A stretch of 64,000 nt of DNA from Thermoanaerobaculia bacterium (lineage in GTDB: Bacteria; Acidobacteriota; Thermoanaerobaculia; Multivoradales; Multivoraceae). A program made the position numbers and the translations under genes. This document shows positions 39,466 to 48,261 of the stretch, in pieces. Every line of letters begins with the position of its first letter. Positions within the stretch are counted from its first letter, which is position 1. Under the pieces are notes generated by a model. It was given only the letters and a program-made list of their open reading frames with translations, did not search any database and was not told where the DNA came from. The DNA is taken from the NCBI GenBank assembly GCA_963664405.1, contig OY761158.1, positions 1,760,001 to 1,824,000 of the forward strand, in the 5' to 3' direction.

Positions 39466-40344
39466 CTAGGCGAGACTCTGAAAGGTAACCGGATCCGGCC
39501 ACTCGGCAACCGACGCCTTGATCCGCTCACCGACCTCGGCGACTCCCCAGGGAGCTTCGTCATTGGAGCGGCGAGCGATCGGCACTGCCTGCCAAGCGAG
39601 GAGGCTGACGACGTTGCCGCCGACGGCGAAGATGCGTCCGGTGATCCCGGCGGCCTCGTCGCTACAGAGCCAGACGACGGCCGGCGACACCTTCTCCGGA
39701 GCCAGCGGATCCGCGGCGGCCTCAGGCATCAGATCGTCGGTGAGCCTCGAGTATGCGGCGGGGGCGAGCAGGTTGACAGTGACGCCGTACTTGACCCCCT
39801 CCAGCGCAAGACAGCGCATCAGACCCGCGATCCCGGCTTTTGCGGCTCCATAGTTCGTTTGACCGAAGTTACCCAGCAGCCCCGAGGTAGAGCTGGTGAG
39901 AATCAGGCGTCCGCCGGACTCCTGCAACAACATCTGATCGTAGGCCGCCTTGGTCACCAAATAGGTACCCCGTAAATGGACGTCGACCACGATGTCCCAC
40001 ATCTCGTCGGTCATGTTCTTGAAGGACTTGTCGCGCAAGATCCCTGCGTTGTTGATGCAAATGTCGAGTTGGCCAAAGTGGCTCACGGCGGCCTGGACCA
40101 TCGCCGCAGCGTCCTCTGAGCTCGAGACTGAGCCGTAATCGGCAACCGCCTTGCCTCCCGTCTCAGTGATCTCCCTGACCACTTCGTCGGCCATCGCACT
40201 GCCGCTCCCAGAACCGTCTCGGGCCCCGCCCAGATCATTGACCACCACCGACGCACCCTCGGCAGCCAAGAGCATCGCATGCGCTCGGCCCAGGCCGCCA
40301 CCGGCGCCGGTGACGAGCGCTACCTTTCCATCCAGCAATCCCAT
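39466..40344 (-). CDS. Short-chain dehydrogenase/reductase (MFE-2-like)
   Basis: TGAGGGLG, NNAGILRD, YGAAK. Confidence 0.92.
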   Translation of the reverse strand: MGLLDGKVALVTGAGGGLGRAHAMLLAAEGASVVVNDLGGARDGSGSGSAMADEVVREITETGGKAVADYGSVSSSEDAAAMVQAAVSHFGQLDICINNAGILRDKSFKNMTDEMWDIVVDVHLRGTYLVTKAAYDQMLLQESGGRLILTSSTSGLLGNFGQTNYGAAKAGIAGLMRCLALEGVKYGVTVNLLAPAAYSRLTDDLMPEAAADPLAPEKVSPAVVWLCSDEAAGITGRIFAVGGNVVSLLAWQAVPIARRSNDEAPWGVAEVGERIKASVAEWPDPVTFQSLA

Positions 40345-40489
40345 CGATCTTCCTCCATTACCCGACCGGTCTTGGCCTGAGGAGCTCACATTGCCCAGGC
40401 CCATTGAGCGGGTCGCAACTATACGCGATCGGTTCGCGACCGGCAGTTCGGGAGCGACGCGGTAGGATCGCCGCGAGGAGGGAGCACTC

Positions 40490-41089
40490 ATGGCCACATC
40501 CACCTTCGAGCTCACCCTGGAGGGATTCTCCTTCCCCCACGAGCTGCCGAACAATCGGGCCAACTTCCGTTTCGTCGTCGACCTTCGCCTCATCCAGGGG
40601 GCCAAGTTCAAGACCGAGACGGTAATCATGCCAGGCTTCGATACCTGGTGGGAGTGCGATCTGAAGAAGCGCAGCCAACCACGCTATGTGCGGCTAAGCG
40701 ATCGAGCCGCCTTCAACATGAAGAAGATCGACGATTGGGAGCGACTGGTGCTGCTCGCCAGGGCCGACACTCTGCACTCACTTCAGGTCAAGGTGTTCGA
40801 TGTGGACCGGCCTGGTTTCTGGGACAATCTTGGCAACGCCTTCGGGAGGGTCGTACAGACCGTACTGGGACAGGCGGGCGGGGCACTGCCTGTGCCCGAG
40901 CTTGCCAAGGAAGGCTTCGGTACCCTCGAAGAGGATCTCCGCTCCACCGTCGCCAAGCGTCTCGCCGGCGGCGACAAGCTTCTGTTCCGAGGTTCCAAGG
41001 TGCTCAAGAAGAGCGGCGACTTCAGCGTTCGCGGCGCGGGCATCGACGGAGAGTACGTCGTTTCCTTCAACCTCAGCCGGCAGCCATGA
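40490..41089 (+). CDS. Hypothetical protein
   Basis: GAGGAGG RBS and coding-like codon usage; no recognised family. Confidence 0.7.
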   Translation: MATSTFELTLEGFSFPHELPNNRANFRFVVDLRLIQGAKFKTETVIMPGFDTWWECDLKKRSQPRYVRLSDRAAFNMKKIDDWERLVLLARADTLHSLQVKVFDVDRPGFWDNLGNAFGRVVQTVLGQAGGALPVPELAKEGFGTLEEDLRSTVAKRLAGGDKLLFRGSKVLKKSGDFSVRGAGIDGEYVVSFNLSRQP

Positions 41090-41255
41090 CTAGACCAGCG
41101 TTTCCAAAGTTCGTGTGCAATAGCTCGAGGTCATTCTGTTCGCTGGCCAGGCGCGCCGACGCAGGCATATTGGGCAATATGTCGAGGAGGCGAAACGCCG
41201 CCAGCGGACAGAAGGGGCCGAGATATGTGCGCGAACTTTGGAAACGCTGTTCTAG
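41090..41255 (+). mobile_element. CTAG-flanked hairpin MITE, arm type D (ACCAGCGTTTCCA)
   Basis: CTAG at 41090 and 41252; near-identical to 46822-46987. Confidence 0.9.
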
Positions 41256-41304
41256 CCTCGCCGAGCAAGCCTCGGCCGCGGTCTGAGATCGGCGCCGGCA
41301 AGCC

Positions 41305-42402
41305 GTGGATCCCTTCGCTCACAGCCTATTTGGTGCCGCACTCGCCAAGACTCCCGTCGGCCGGCGTACGCCCCTGGCAACGACGACTCTGGTGATTGCC
41401 GCCAACGCGCCGGATGTAGACATCTTCAGCTACTTTGCAGGCGGCGACGCGGCGCTGGCATTCCGGCGTGGTTGGACCCATGGCCCCCTCGGCATCCTCG
41501 TGCTCCCCACCTTGGTGTCTCTTCTCCTGCTCGTCGGCTACGCCTTCCTGCGCCGATCGCGGCCGGAGATGCCCCGTGCCTCGGCGAGAGGAGTCCTAGG
41601 ACTCGCCTATCTGGGTACCTTGAGCCACCCAGCCCTCGACTGGCTCAACACCTATGGGGTGCGCCTTCTGATGCCATGGAGCGATCACTGGTACTACGGC
41701 GACACCCTCTTCATCGTCGACGCCTGGATGTGGCTGATTCTGGGCTCCGCCGCGTTTCTCGCCCAGCGTCCCTCACGACGTAGGAATGGGAGCTGGGGCG
41801 TGCTTGCGGTCATGGCCACCATGCTGCTCTTTGCCGCAAGCGACTCCTCGGGTGGAAAGTACCTCTGGATGGTCGGTCTCGGAATGGTCGTGTTGCTAAC
41901 GATAAGGGGCTGGCCACAGAACGAGCGTCAGCGATCGAATCTCGCCTCGGCCTTGGTCGCCGTCTTCGTCGTCTACATCCTCGCAATGATCGGAGGAGCA
42001 CGCGCAGCCCGTGATGCGGTCGCGCTAGAGCTTGCCGAGCTCGGTATCGAAGCGGTCGAGGAGTTGATGGTGGGCCCCTTACCCTTGACGCCCTTCACCC
42101 GAGAGGTGATCGCGGCAACCCCGTCGCAGATTCACTTCGGTGTCTTCCGCTGGCTGCCATCGCCTCACTTGCAGGTCCTACCCTCGTCGCGGCCCCGGCC
42201 ATCCTCCCACCCCGCGATGGCCGCCGCCTGGGCCGACCCCTGTATTCGGGGCTTTGTCGGCTGCGCCCGTTTCCCCTCCGCCGAGGTCGTGGAGGAGACC
42301 GATCACTACGAGGTCCGCCTCATCGACAACCGCTACACTCGTTCCTTCGCGACCGGGTTCGGCTCAGCTCGCGTCGAAATTCCGCACCGGCGGGTGGACT
42401 GA
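41305..42402 (+). CDS. YdjM-like membrane metal-dependent hydrolase
   Basis: MDPFAHSL, NAPDVD, RRGWTH, SHPALDWLNTYG. Confidence 0.87.
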   Translation: MDPFAHSLFGAALAKTPVGRRTPLATTTLVIAANAPDVDIFSYFAGGDAALAFRRGWTHGPLGILVLPTLVSLLLLVGYAFLRRSRPEMPRASARGVLGLAYLGTLSHPALDWLNTYGVRLLMPWSDHWYYGDTLFIVDAWMWLILGSAAFLAQRPSRRRNGSWGVLAVMATMLLFAASDSSGGKYLWMVGLGMVVLLTIRGWPQNERQRSNLASALVAVFVVYILAMIGGARAARDAVALELAELGIEAVEELMVGPLPLTPFTREVIAATPSQIHFGVFRWLPSPHLQVLPSSRPRPSSHPAMAAAWADPCIRGFVGCARFPSAEVVEETDHYEVRLIDNRYTRSFATGFGSARVEIPHRRVD

Positions 42403-42502
42403 GACGCGAGCGCCTCGCAAGATCGCCAATCGTTCTGGGAGCCGAGATCTGTAGCCAGGGACTCCCGGGTTTGCGGCCGCCAATCAATTACACTCCTCAG
42501 TC

Positions 42503-43354
42503 ATGAAATACGGACTCTTCGGCATCAACTTCGGCCCCTGTACCGACCCGGACGTCTCGAGCGAGGTCGCCATCGCTGCCGAGGCCGCTGGATTCGAGTC
42601 GCTATGGACCGGAGAGCACGTCGCCCTACCCTCGCCCCAAGCCCCCCCCTCACCGGTACCCGCTGAGACGCCTTTCGTAGACCCTGCCGTCGCCCTTGCC
42701 TACATCGCCGGTCAAACGCAGAGCATTCTGCTTGGAACCGGAATCATCATTCTGCCCCAGCGCAACCCCGTCGTGCTCGCCAAGGAGCTGGCCAGCGTGG
42801 ACGTAGTCTCGAAAGGACGCCTTCTCTTCGGTCTTGGTGTCGGCTATATCCCGGCAGAGTTCGAGGCACTGGGAGTGCCCTACGCGCAGCGTGGCGCCAG
42901 GAGCGACGAGTACCTGGAAGCCATCCTCGCTCTCTGGACCGAGTCCCAACCCAGCTTCGAGGGAGAGTTCGTTCGCTTCTCGGGAATCGATGCGATGCCT
43001 CGTCCTGTACAGCAGCCTCACCCTCCGGTAGTGGTGGGCGGATTGAGCAACGCCGCATTTTCCCGGGCGGTCACACGCGGAAACGGCTGGTATGGATTTG
43101 CACTCGATGCTGAGGCGACCGCGCGCTGCCTCGAAGGAATAAAGGCAGCGAACGAGAAGGACCCACGGCCGACCGAGCTCGGCGGACTCGAGATCTCGGT
43201 CACACCGCGAGGCAAAGTAGACCGCGAAGCCGTCGCCCGCTACGAAGATCTCGGCGTCGATCGTCTTATCGTGCAACTGCGACCTCGCGGCGAGGAGACT
43301 CCCCTCGAGGCTGTCGACCGCATCGCCAGTGGGGTCGGTCTGACGGCTTCTTGA
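42503..43354 (+). CDS. LLM-class (F420-dependent type) oxidoreductase
   Basis: GFESLWTGEH, LPQRNPVVLAKE, GRLLFGLGVG. Confidence 0.88.
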   Translation: MKYGLFGINFGPCTDPDVSSEVAIAAEAAGFESLWTGEHVALPSPQAPPSPVPAETPFVDPAVALAYIAGQTQSILLGTGIIILPQRNPVVLAKELASVDVVSKGRLLFGLGVGYIPAEFEALGVPYAQRGARSDEYLEAILALWTESQPSFEGEFVRFSGIDAMPRPVQQPHPPVVVGGLSNAAFSRAVTRGNGWYGFALDAEATARCLEGIKAANEKDPRPTELGGLEISVTPRGKVDREAVARYEDLGVDRLIVQLRPRGEETPLEAVDRIASGVGLTAS

Positions 43355-43357
43355 TCG

Positions 43358-44239
43358 ATGTCGCGCGAGCCCTGGCGAGTCTCTCTTCACGGCGGCCACA
43401 GCGGCGAGTTCTGCGAGCACGCCGAAGGGGACCTCCGCCAAGTTCTCGAAGCCGCGGTCAGAGCCGGCTACCGAACCTTTGGCGTCACCGAGCACGCACC
43501 CAGGAGCGAGAGCCGCTTTCTCCATGCCGAGGAGATCGAGAAAGGTTACGACGTCACCGGGCTGGCCGCCGATTTCGAGAGCTACGCGGCAACTGTATTT
43601 CGACTCGCGGACGAGCTCGCCGAGGATCTCCAGGTACTGCGCGCTTTCGAGATCGAGGTGGTGCCTGGCGGCGGCTACGTCGAAGAAATGAAGGCCCTAC
43701 GCCAACGCCACGGCTTCGACTACATGGTCGGCTCGGTTCACTACGTCGACGAGATCTCGATCGACGGGGCACCTTCCGACTTCGAGCGCGCGGTCAGAGA
43801 TCACGGAGGCCTCGAAGCTCTCGCGATCCGCTACTACGAAGAAGTCACCGCCATGATCGAAGCGCTACGCCCTGAGGTCGTGGGTCATCTCGACCTGATC
43901 CGTCTGCTCGCCGGCGAGAGCGCGGCACTCGACACCCCTAGTATCCGAAGCGGCGCGCACCGGACGCTGGAGGCCGCACTCAGCTGCAGCGCGATCATCG
44001 ATGTCAACACCGCTGCCTATCGAAAAGGACTCGCCAGCCCTTATCCGGCCCCATGGCTGGTGCAAGAGGCAGCCTCGATGGGACTGGGCTTCTGCTTCGG
44101 TGACGACAGCCATGGGCCCGACGAGGTGGGTACGGGGATCGACCGGGCCCGAGACTACCTGCTGACCAACGATGTAACGACCATCGCCGTACTCACCCGA
44201 GAAGGCAACGATCTCGTCCGTCAAGAAGTCACCCTATAG
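43358..44239 (+). CDS. PHP-family histidinol-phosphatase (HisJ/HisK type)
   Basis: SLHGGHS, FCEHA, TEHAP, GSVH, GHLD, NTA, GDDSH. Confidence 0.85.
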   Translation: MSREPWRVSLHGGHSGEFCEHAEGDLRQVLEAAVRAGYRTFGVTEHAPRSESRFLHAEEIEKGYDVTGLAADFESYAATVFRLADELAEDLQVLRAFEIEVVPGGGYVEEMKALRQRHGFDYMVGSVHYVDEISIDGAPSDFERAVRDHGGLEALAIRYYEEVTAMIEALRPEVVGHLDLIRLLAGESAALDTPSIRSGAHRTLEAALSCSAIIDVNTAAYRKGLASPYPAPWLVQEAASMGLGFCFGDDSHGPDEVGTGIDRARDYLLTNDVTTIAVLTREGNDLVRQEVTL

Positions 44240-44261
44240 ATCGCTCCCGTCATCAAGTGCG

Positions 44262-44498
44262 TCGCTCGAGCCGCGTAGCGACCGCATCGACGGCGGCGTT
44301 CGCGACGAAGTCTTCCTCAAGCCAGGACTCACCTGGACTCCGCCGCGTGGATTCGGTACCAAGGCCTACATCCGCGACCGCTTCGAGCTCGGCGCCTTCC
44401 TGCGCCTCGGCGTTCACGACACCGACAGCGACTTCGGCGCCGGCGGCCGAGTCAAGGTCCGTTTCGACACCAAACGGCTGACGGAGCGACGACGATAG
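44262..44498 (+). pseudogene. Start-less C-terminal remnant resembling an outer-membrane beta-barrel
   Basis: Frame reads ...EVFLKPGLTWTPPRG...FELGAFLRLGVHDTDSDFGAGGRVKVRF...*, with GC3-rich codons and no start codon. Confidence 0.45.
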
Positions 44499-44501
44499 AC
44501 T

Positions 44502-45518
44502 GTGCTGATGAACGCACTCGACTCCTGGTTGAACAAGACTCAGGAAGAAGCGATCGAGCCCGAGCTGCCAATCTGCGATCCGCATCACCACCTGTGGGAT
44601 TACGAGGGTAGCCGCTACCTGCTGGATCAGCTCCTGGCCGACATCGGGGGCGGGCACAACGTCAGATCGACCGTCTTCGTCGAGTGCTCGTCGATGTACC
44701 GGAAGGACGGGCCCGCAGCCATGCGGCCGGTCGGAGAGACGGAGTTCGTGCAGGGGATCGCCGCGATGAGCGCGAGCGGCGGATACGGTGACTGTCGTGT
44801 CGCCGCCGGCATCGTGGGCTTCGCCGATCTGACTCTCGGAGCGGCCGTCGACGACGTCCTCGAGGCCCACCTGATCGCCGGACACGGACGCTTTCGCGGC
44901 ATCCGCCACGCCTGCAGCTGGCACGACAGCGACGAGATCCGCAATTCGCACACCAATCCGCCGCCCGCCCTGTTGATGGACAACAGCTTCAGACAGGGCG
45001 TCGCCCGTCTGGAGAAATACGATCTCAGCTTCGAAGCCTGGCTGTACCACACGCAGCTCGAAGAGCTCCTCGATCTCGCTCGCGCCTTTCCGGGTACGAG
45101 CATCATTCTCAACCATGTTGGCGGGCCACTGGGCATCGGTCCCCATCGCGGCAGGCAGAGCGAGATCTTCGACGGCTGGGCACGGAACATCGAAGCCCTC
45201 GCGGGCTGTCCCAACATCGTCGTCAAGCTCGGCGGAATCGCCATGCCACTCAATGGCTTCGACTGGCACAAGCGAGATCAGCCCCCCAGCTCGAAAGAGC
45301 TCGCGACCTCGCAGGCGCCCTACTACCTCCACTGCATCGAGCATTTCGGAGCGGAGCGCGCGATGTTCGAGAGCAACTTCCCCGTCGACCGGCGCTCGAC
45401 CAGCTATACCGTGCTGTGGAATGGCTTCAAGCGGGTCGCGGCGGGCGGGTCAGACGTGGAGAAGGCCGCCCTCTTCCACGACACCGCCGCCCGCATCTAC
45501 CGTATAGGAACTGGTTAG
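44502..45518 (+). CDS. Amidohydrolase_2 family (L-fuconolactonase-like)
   Basis: DPHHHLWD, RFRGIRH, NHVGGP, MFESNFPVD. Confidence 0.88.
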   Translation: MLMNALDSWLNKTQEEAIEPELPICDPHHHLWDYEGSRYLLDQLLADIGGGHNVRSTVFVECSSMYRKDGPAAMRPVGETEFVQGIAAMSASGGYGDCRVAAGIVGFADLTLGAAVDDVLEAHLIAGHGRFRGIRHACSWHDSDEIRNSHTNPPPALLMDNSFRQGVARLEKYDLSFEAWLYHTQLEELLDLARAFPGTSIILNHVGGPLGIGPHRGRQSEIFDGWARNIEALAGCPNIVVKLGGIAMPLNGFDWHKRDQPPSSKELATSQAPYYLHCIEHFGAERAMFESNFPVDRRSTSYTVLWNGFKRVAAGGSDVEKAALFHDTAARIYRIGTG

Positions 45519-46825
45519 TGCGCTTCCTCACGGCGCTCGCCTGCGCATTGCTCCTCACCTTTCCCGGGCTCAGCGAGCTGGCTGCCCAGGCCGAGCCGAT
45601 AGCCTTCCGCGGCGCTGAAGTTCACCCCATCTCTTCCCCTGTGATCGCACGCGGGACCGTGCTCATCGAGAACGGCAAGATCGTCGCTGTCGGGCCTGTC
45701 GACCAAATTCGCATCCCGCGAGACACGAAAGTCGTAGACCTCGAAGGCAAGGTCATCCTCCCCGGTTTGGTGGACACCCACTCCCACATCGGCAGTGTCT
45801 CCGGCGGCGACAGCTCGGCGGCTCTCCACCCAGAGGTCCGTACCCTCGACGGCATCGACATCCGCAGCGACTCCTTCAACCGGGCTCGTGTCGGCGGCAT
45901 AACCACCGTCAACGTGATGTCCGGCTCCGGGCATCTGATGAGCGGCCAGACCACCTACCTCAAACTCCGTAGGGGAGCAACGAAGATCGAGGACTGGCTG
46001 TTCTGCGAGGACCCGCTCACCGAGGTGTGCGGGGGCCTGAAGATGGCAAACGGCACCAACTCCATGCGCCAGCCACCCTTCCCTGGCACACGAGGAAAGT
46101 CAGCAGCCCTGGTTCGCGCTCTCTTTCTCGATGCACAGGCCTACCGCGACAAGCTCGAGGCGGCAGAGTCGGATCCCGACAAAGACCCCCCCGAGCGGGA
46201 TCTAGGAATGGAGACTCTGGTGGAGGTGCTCGAAGGCAAGCGGATCGTGCAGCACCACACCCATCGCCACGACGATGTTGCAACCGTGATCCGCATCGCC
46301 GCAGAGTTCGGCTACACCCCCGTGCTCCACCACGTGAGCGACGCCTGGAAGGTCGCTGACGAGATCGCCGCCGCCGGCCTGGGAGTCTCGCTGACCGTCG
46401 TCGATGCGCCAGGCGGCAAGGAAGAGGCGCTCGGAGCCGACTTTCGATCGGCAGCCGCGCTGGAAGAAGCCGGCGCCGACGTGGCCTTCAACACCGACGA
46501 CTCGATTCTCGACTCGCGTCTCCACACTCGCAGCGCGGCGCTGGCCGTGCGCTACGGCATGTCCCGCGAGAAGGCACTGGAGGGGCTCACCCTGGCCGGC
46601 GCACGCATGCTCGGACTCGAGCACAGAGTCGGTTCGCTGGAGCCTGGAAAAGACGCCGACCTGGTGATCTTTTCCGGGGAGCCATTGAGTGTCTACACCC
46701 ATGTTCTCGAGACCTGGGTCGAAGGAGAGAAGGTCTATGAGCGCAGCAACCCAGAGCACAAAAAGTGGGCCGTCGGCGGCTACGGTGTCTACCGCTCTGG
46801 GAGCGAGGGCAGCGATGAGCACTAG
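45518..46825 (+). CDS. Exported amidohydrolase
   Basis: Signal peptide; PGLVDTHSH, LKMANG, HTHRHDD, GSLEPGKDADLV. Confidence 0.88.
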   Translation: MRFLTALACALLLTFPGLSELAAQAEPIAFRGAEVHPISSPVIARGTVLIENGKIVAVGPVDQIRIPRDTKVVDLEGKVILPGLVDTHSHIGSVSGGDSSAALHPEVRTLDGIDIRSDSFNRARVGGITTVNVMSGSGHLMSGQTTYLKLRRGATKIEDWLFCEDPLTEVCGGLKMANGTNSMRQPPFPGTRGKSAALVRALFLDAQAYRDKLEAAESDPDKDPPERDLGMETLVEVLEGKRIVQHHTHRHDDVATVIRIAAEFGYTPVLHHVSDAWKVADEIAAAGLGVSLTVVDAPGGKEEALGADFRSAAALEEAGADVAFNTDDSILDSRLHTRSAALAVRYGMSREKALEGLTLAGARMLGLEHRVGSLEPGKDADLVIFSGEPLSVYTHVLETWVEGEKVYERSNPEHKKWAVGGYGVYRSGSEGSDEH

Positions 46826-48239
46826 ACCAGCGTTTCCAAAGTTCGAGCTGCATAGCTCGAGCTCATTCTGTTCGCTGGCCAGGCGCGCCGACGCAGGCAT
46901 ATTGGGCAATATGTCGAGGAGGCGTAACGCCGGCAGCGGGCAGAAGGGGCCGAGATATGTGCGCGAACTCTGGAAACGCTGGTCTAGATGTTCCGCGAAG
47001 GCACTCCGACCGGCCGGTTGGGCCATTGCGCTTCTCCTCGCAGGCGCCGTGGCGACGCCGGCGCAAATCGCGGTTCGTGGCGACGTCGTGCACACCATGG
47101 CGGGGGATGCACTGCGCCCGGGTGTGGTTGTGGCGCGTGATGGCAAGATCGAATGGGTAGGTCCGGCGGCAAGCGCCGACATTCCGGAAGGGTGGGAGGT
47201 CCTCGAGGCCGCGGTCGTGACCCCAGGGCTCATCGACGCTCATTCGGTGGTGGGCCTGGCCGGGATCTACAACCAGGGCACAGCGACCCAGGGCTCGAGC
47301 CGGGTGCAGGACCAGGACCAGATCGAGATCTCTGAGCCCATTCAGCCTGAGCTGCGCGCTGTCGATGCCTATAACGCTCGCGAACAGCTCGTCGCCTGGC
47401 TGCGCTCCTTCGGAGTCACCACCCTCCACACCGGTCACGGCCCCGGAGCCTTGGTCAGTGGGCAGACAATGATCGTCAAGACCCGCGGCGACACCGTCGA
47501 GGAAGCCGTGATCGAGCCCTTCGCGGCGGTCGCATTCACTCTCGGCTCTTCCATCAGCTCCCGCTACAAGAGCCCTGGCACCAAAGCCAAAGGGGTGGCG
47601 ATGCTACGAGCCGAGCTCCTCAAGGCACAGCGCTACCTGGAAAAAGTCGAAGACGCCGACGTCGACAAGCGGCCCGATCGCGATCTTCGACTCGAGGCTC
47701 TCGGCGCGGTTCTCGAAGGCGAAGTGCCGGCTCTCATCACCGCCCAGGCCGCAACCGAGATCATGACCGCTCTGCGCCTGCAACAGGAGTTCGGCTTCGA
47801 TCTCATTCTCGACGGCGCGGCCGAAGCCTCACTGGTGATCGCAGACATCCGAGCGGCGGGAGCTCCCGTGCTGTTGCACCCGCCGATGATGAGGGCCTCA
47901 GGGGAGGCGATCAGCGCATCCCGCGAGACCGGCGCCGCGCTGCGGGACGCCGGTATCCTCTTCGCCTTTCAGGGCGGCTACGAGTCCTATGTGCCGAAGA
48001 CTCGGGTGGTCCTTTGGGAGGCGGCCATCGCTGCGGCGAACGGCCTGGGCTTCGACGATGCTCTCACCGCCATCAGCATCGACGCGGCGCGAGTTCTCGG
48101 CATAGACGATCGAGTCGGATCTCTGGAAGTCGGCAAGGACGCCGACCTCGTCCTCTACGACGGCGATCCTTTCGAGTACACCAGCCACGTCTGCGTCGTA
48201 CTCATCGAGGGAGAGATCGTCAGCGACGAGTGCGTCTGA
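46815..48239 (+). CDS. Exported amidohydrolase with a 54-aa in-frame MITE insert near the N-terminus
   Basis: PGLIDAHS, GSLEVGKDADLV; MSTR-[54 aa]-CSAKALRPAGWAIALLLAGAVATPA-Q. Confidence 0.85.
   Translation: MSTRPAFPKFELHSSSSFCSLARRADAGILGNMSRRRNAGSGQKGPRYVRELWKRWSRCSAKALRPAGWAIALLLAGAVATPAQIAVRGDVVHTMAGDALRPGVVVARDGKIEWVGPAASADIPEGWEVLEAAVVTPGLIDAHSVVGLAGIYNQGTATQGSSRVQDQDQIEISEPIQPELRAVDAYNAREQLVAWLRSFGVTTLHTGHGPGALVSGQTMIVKTRGDTVEEAVIEPFAAVAFTLGSSISSRYKSPGTKAKGVAMLRAELLKAQRYLEKVEDADVDKRPDRDLRLEALGAVLEGEVPALITAQAATEIMTALRLQQEFGFDLILDGAAEASLVIADIRAAGAPVLLHPPMMRASGEAISASRETGAALRDAGILFAFQGGYESYVPKTRVVLWEAAIAAANGLGFDDALTAISIDAARVLGIDDRVGSLEVGKDADLVLYDGDPFEYTSHVCVVLIEGEIVSDECV
46822..46987 (+). 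mobile_element. CTAG-flanked hairpin MITE, arm type D, in-frame (162 bp)
   Basis: CTAG at 46822 (also the upstream gene's TAG stop) and 46984; TIR ACCAGCGTTTCCA. Confidence 0.9.
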
Positions 48240-48261
48240 GGCGAAACAGGAACGGTCCACT

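Noticed and set aside
41086-41304. ATG 41086 runs in frame through the 162-bp MITE to TGA 41284-41286, which is in frame with the hydrolase at 41305; possible Sec readthrough
   Set aside because: YdjM-type proteins begin at MDxxxH (GTG 41305); there is no Cys-like context and no convincing SECIS.
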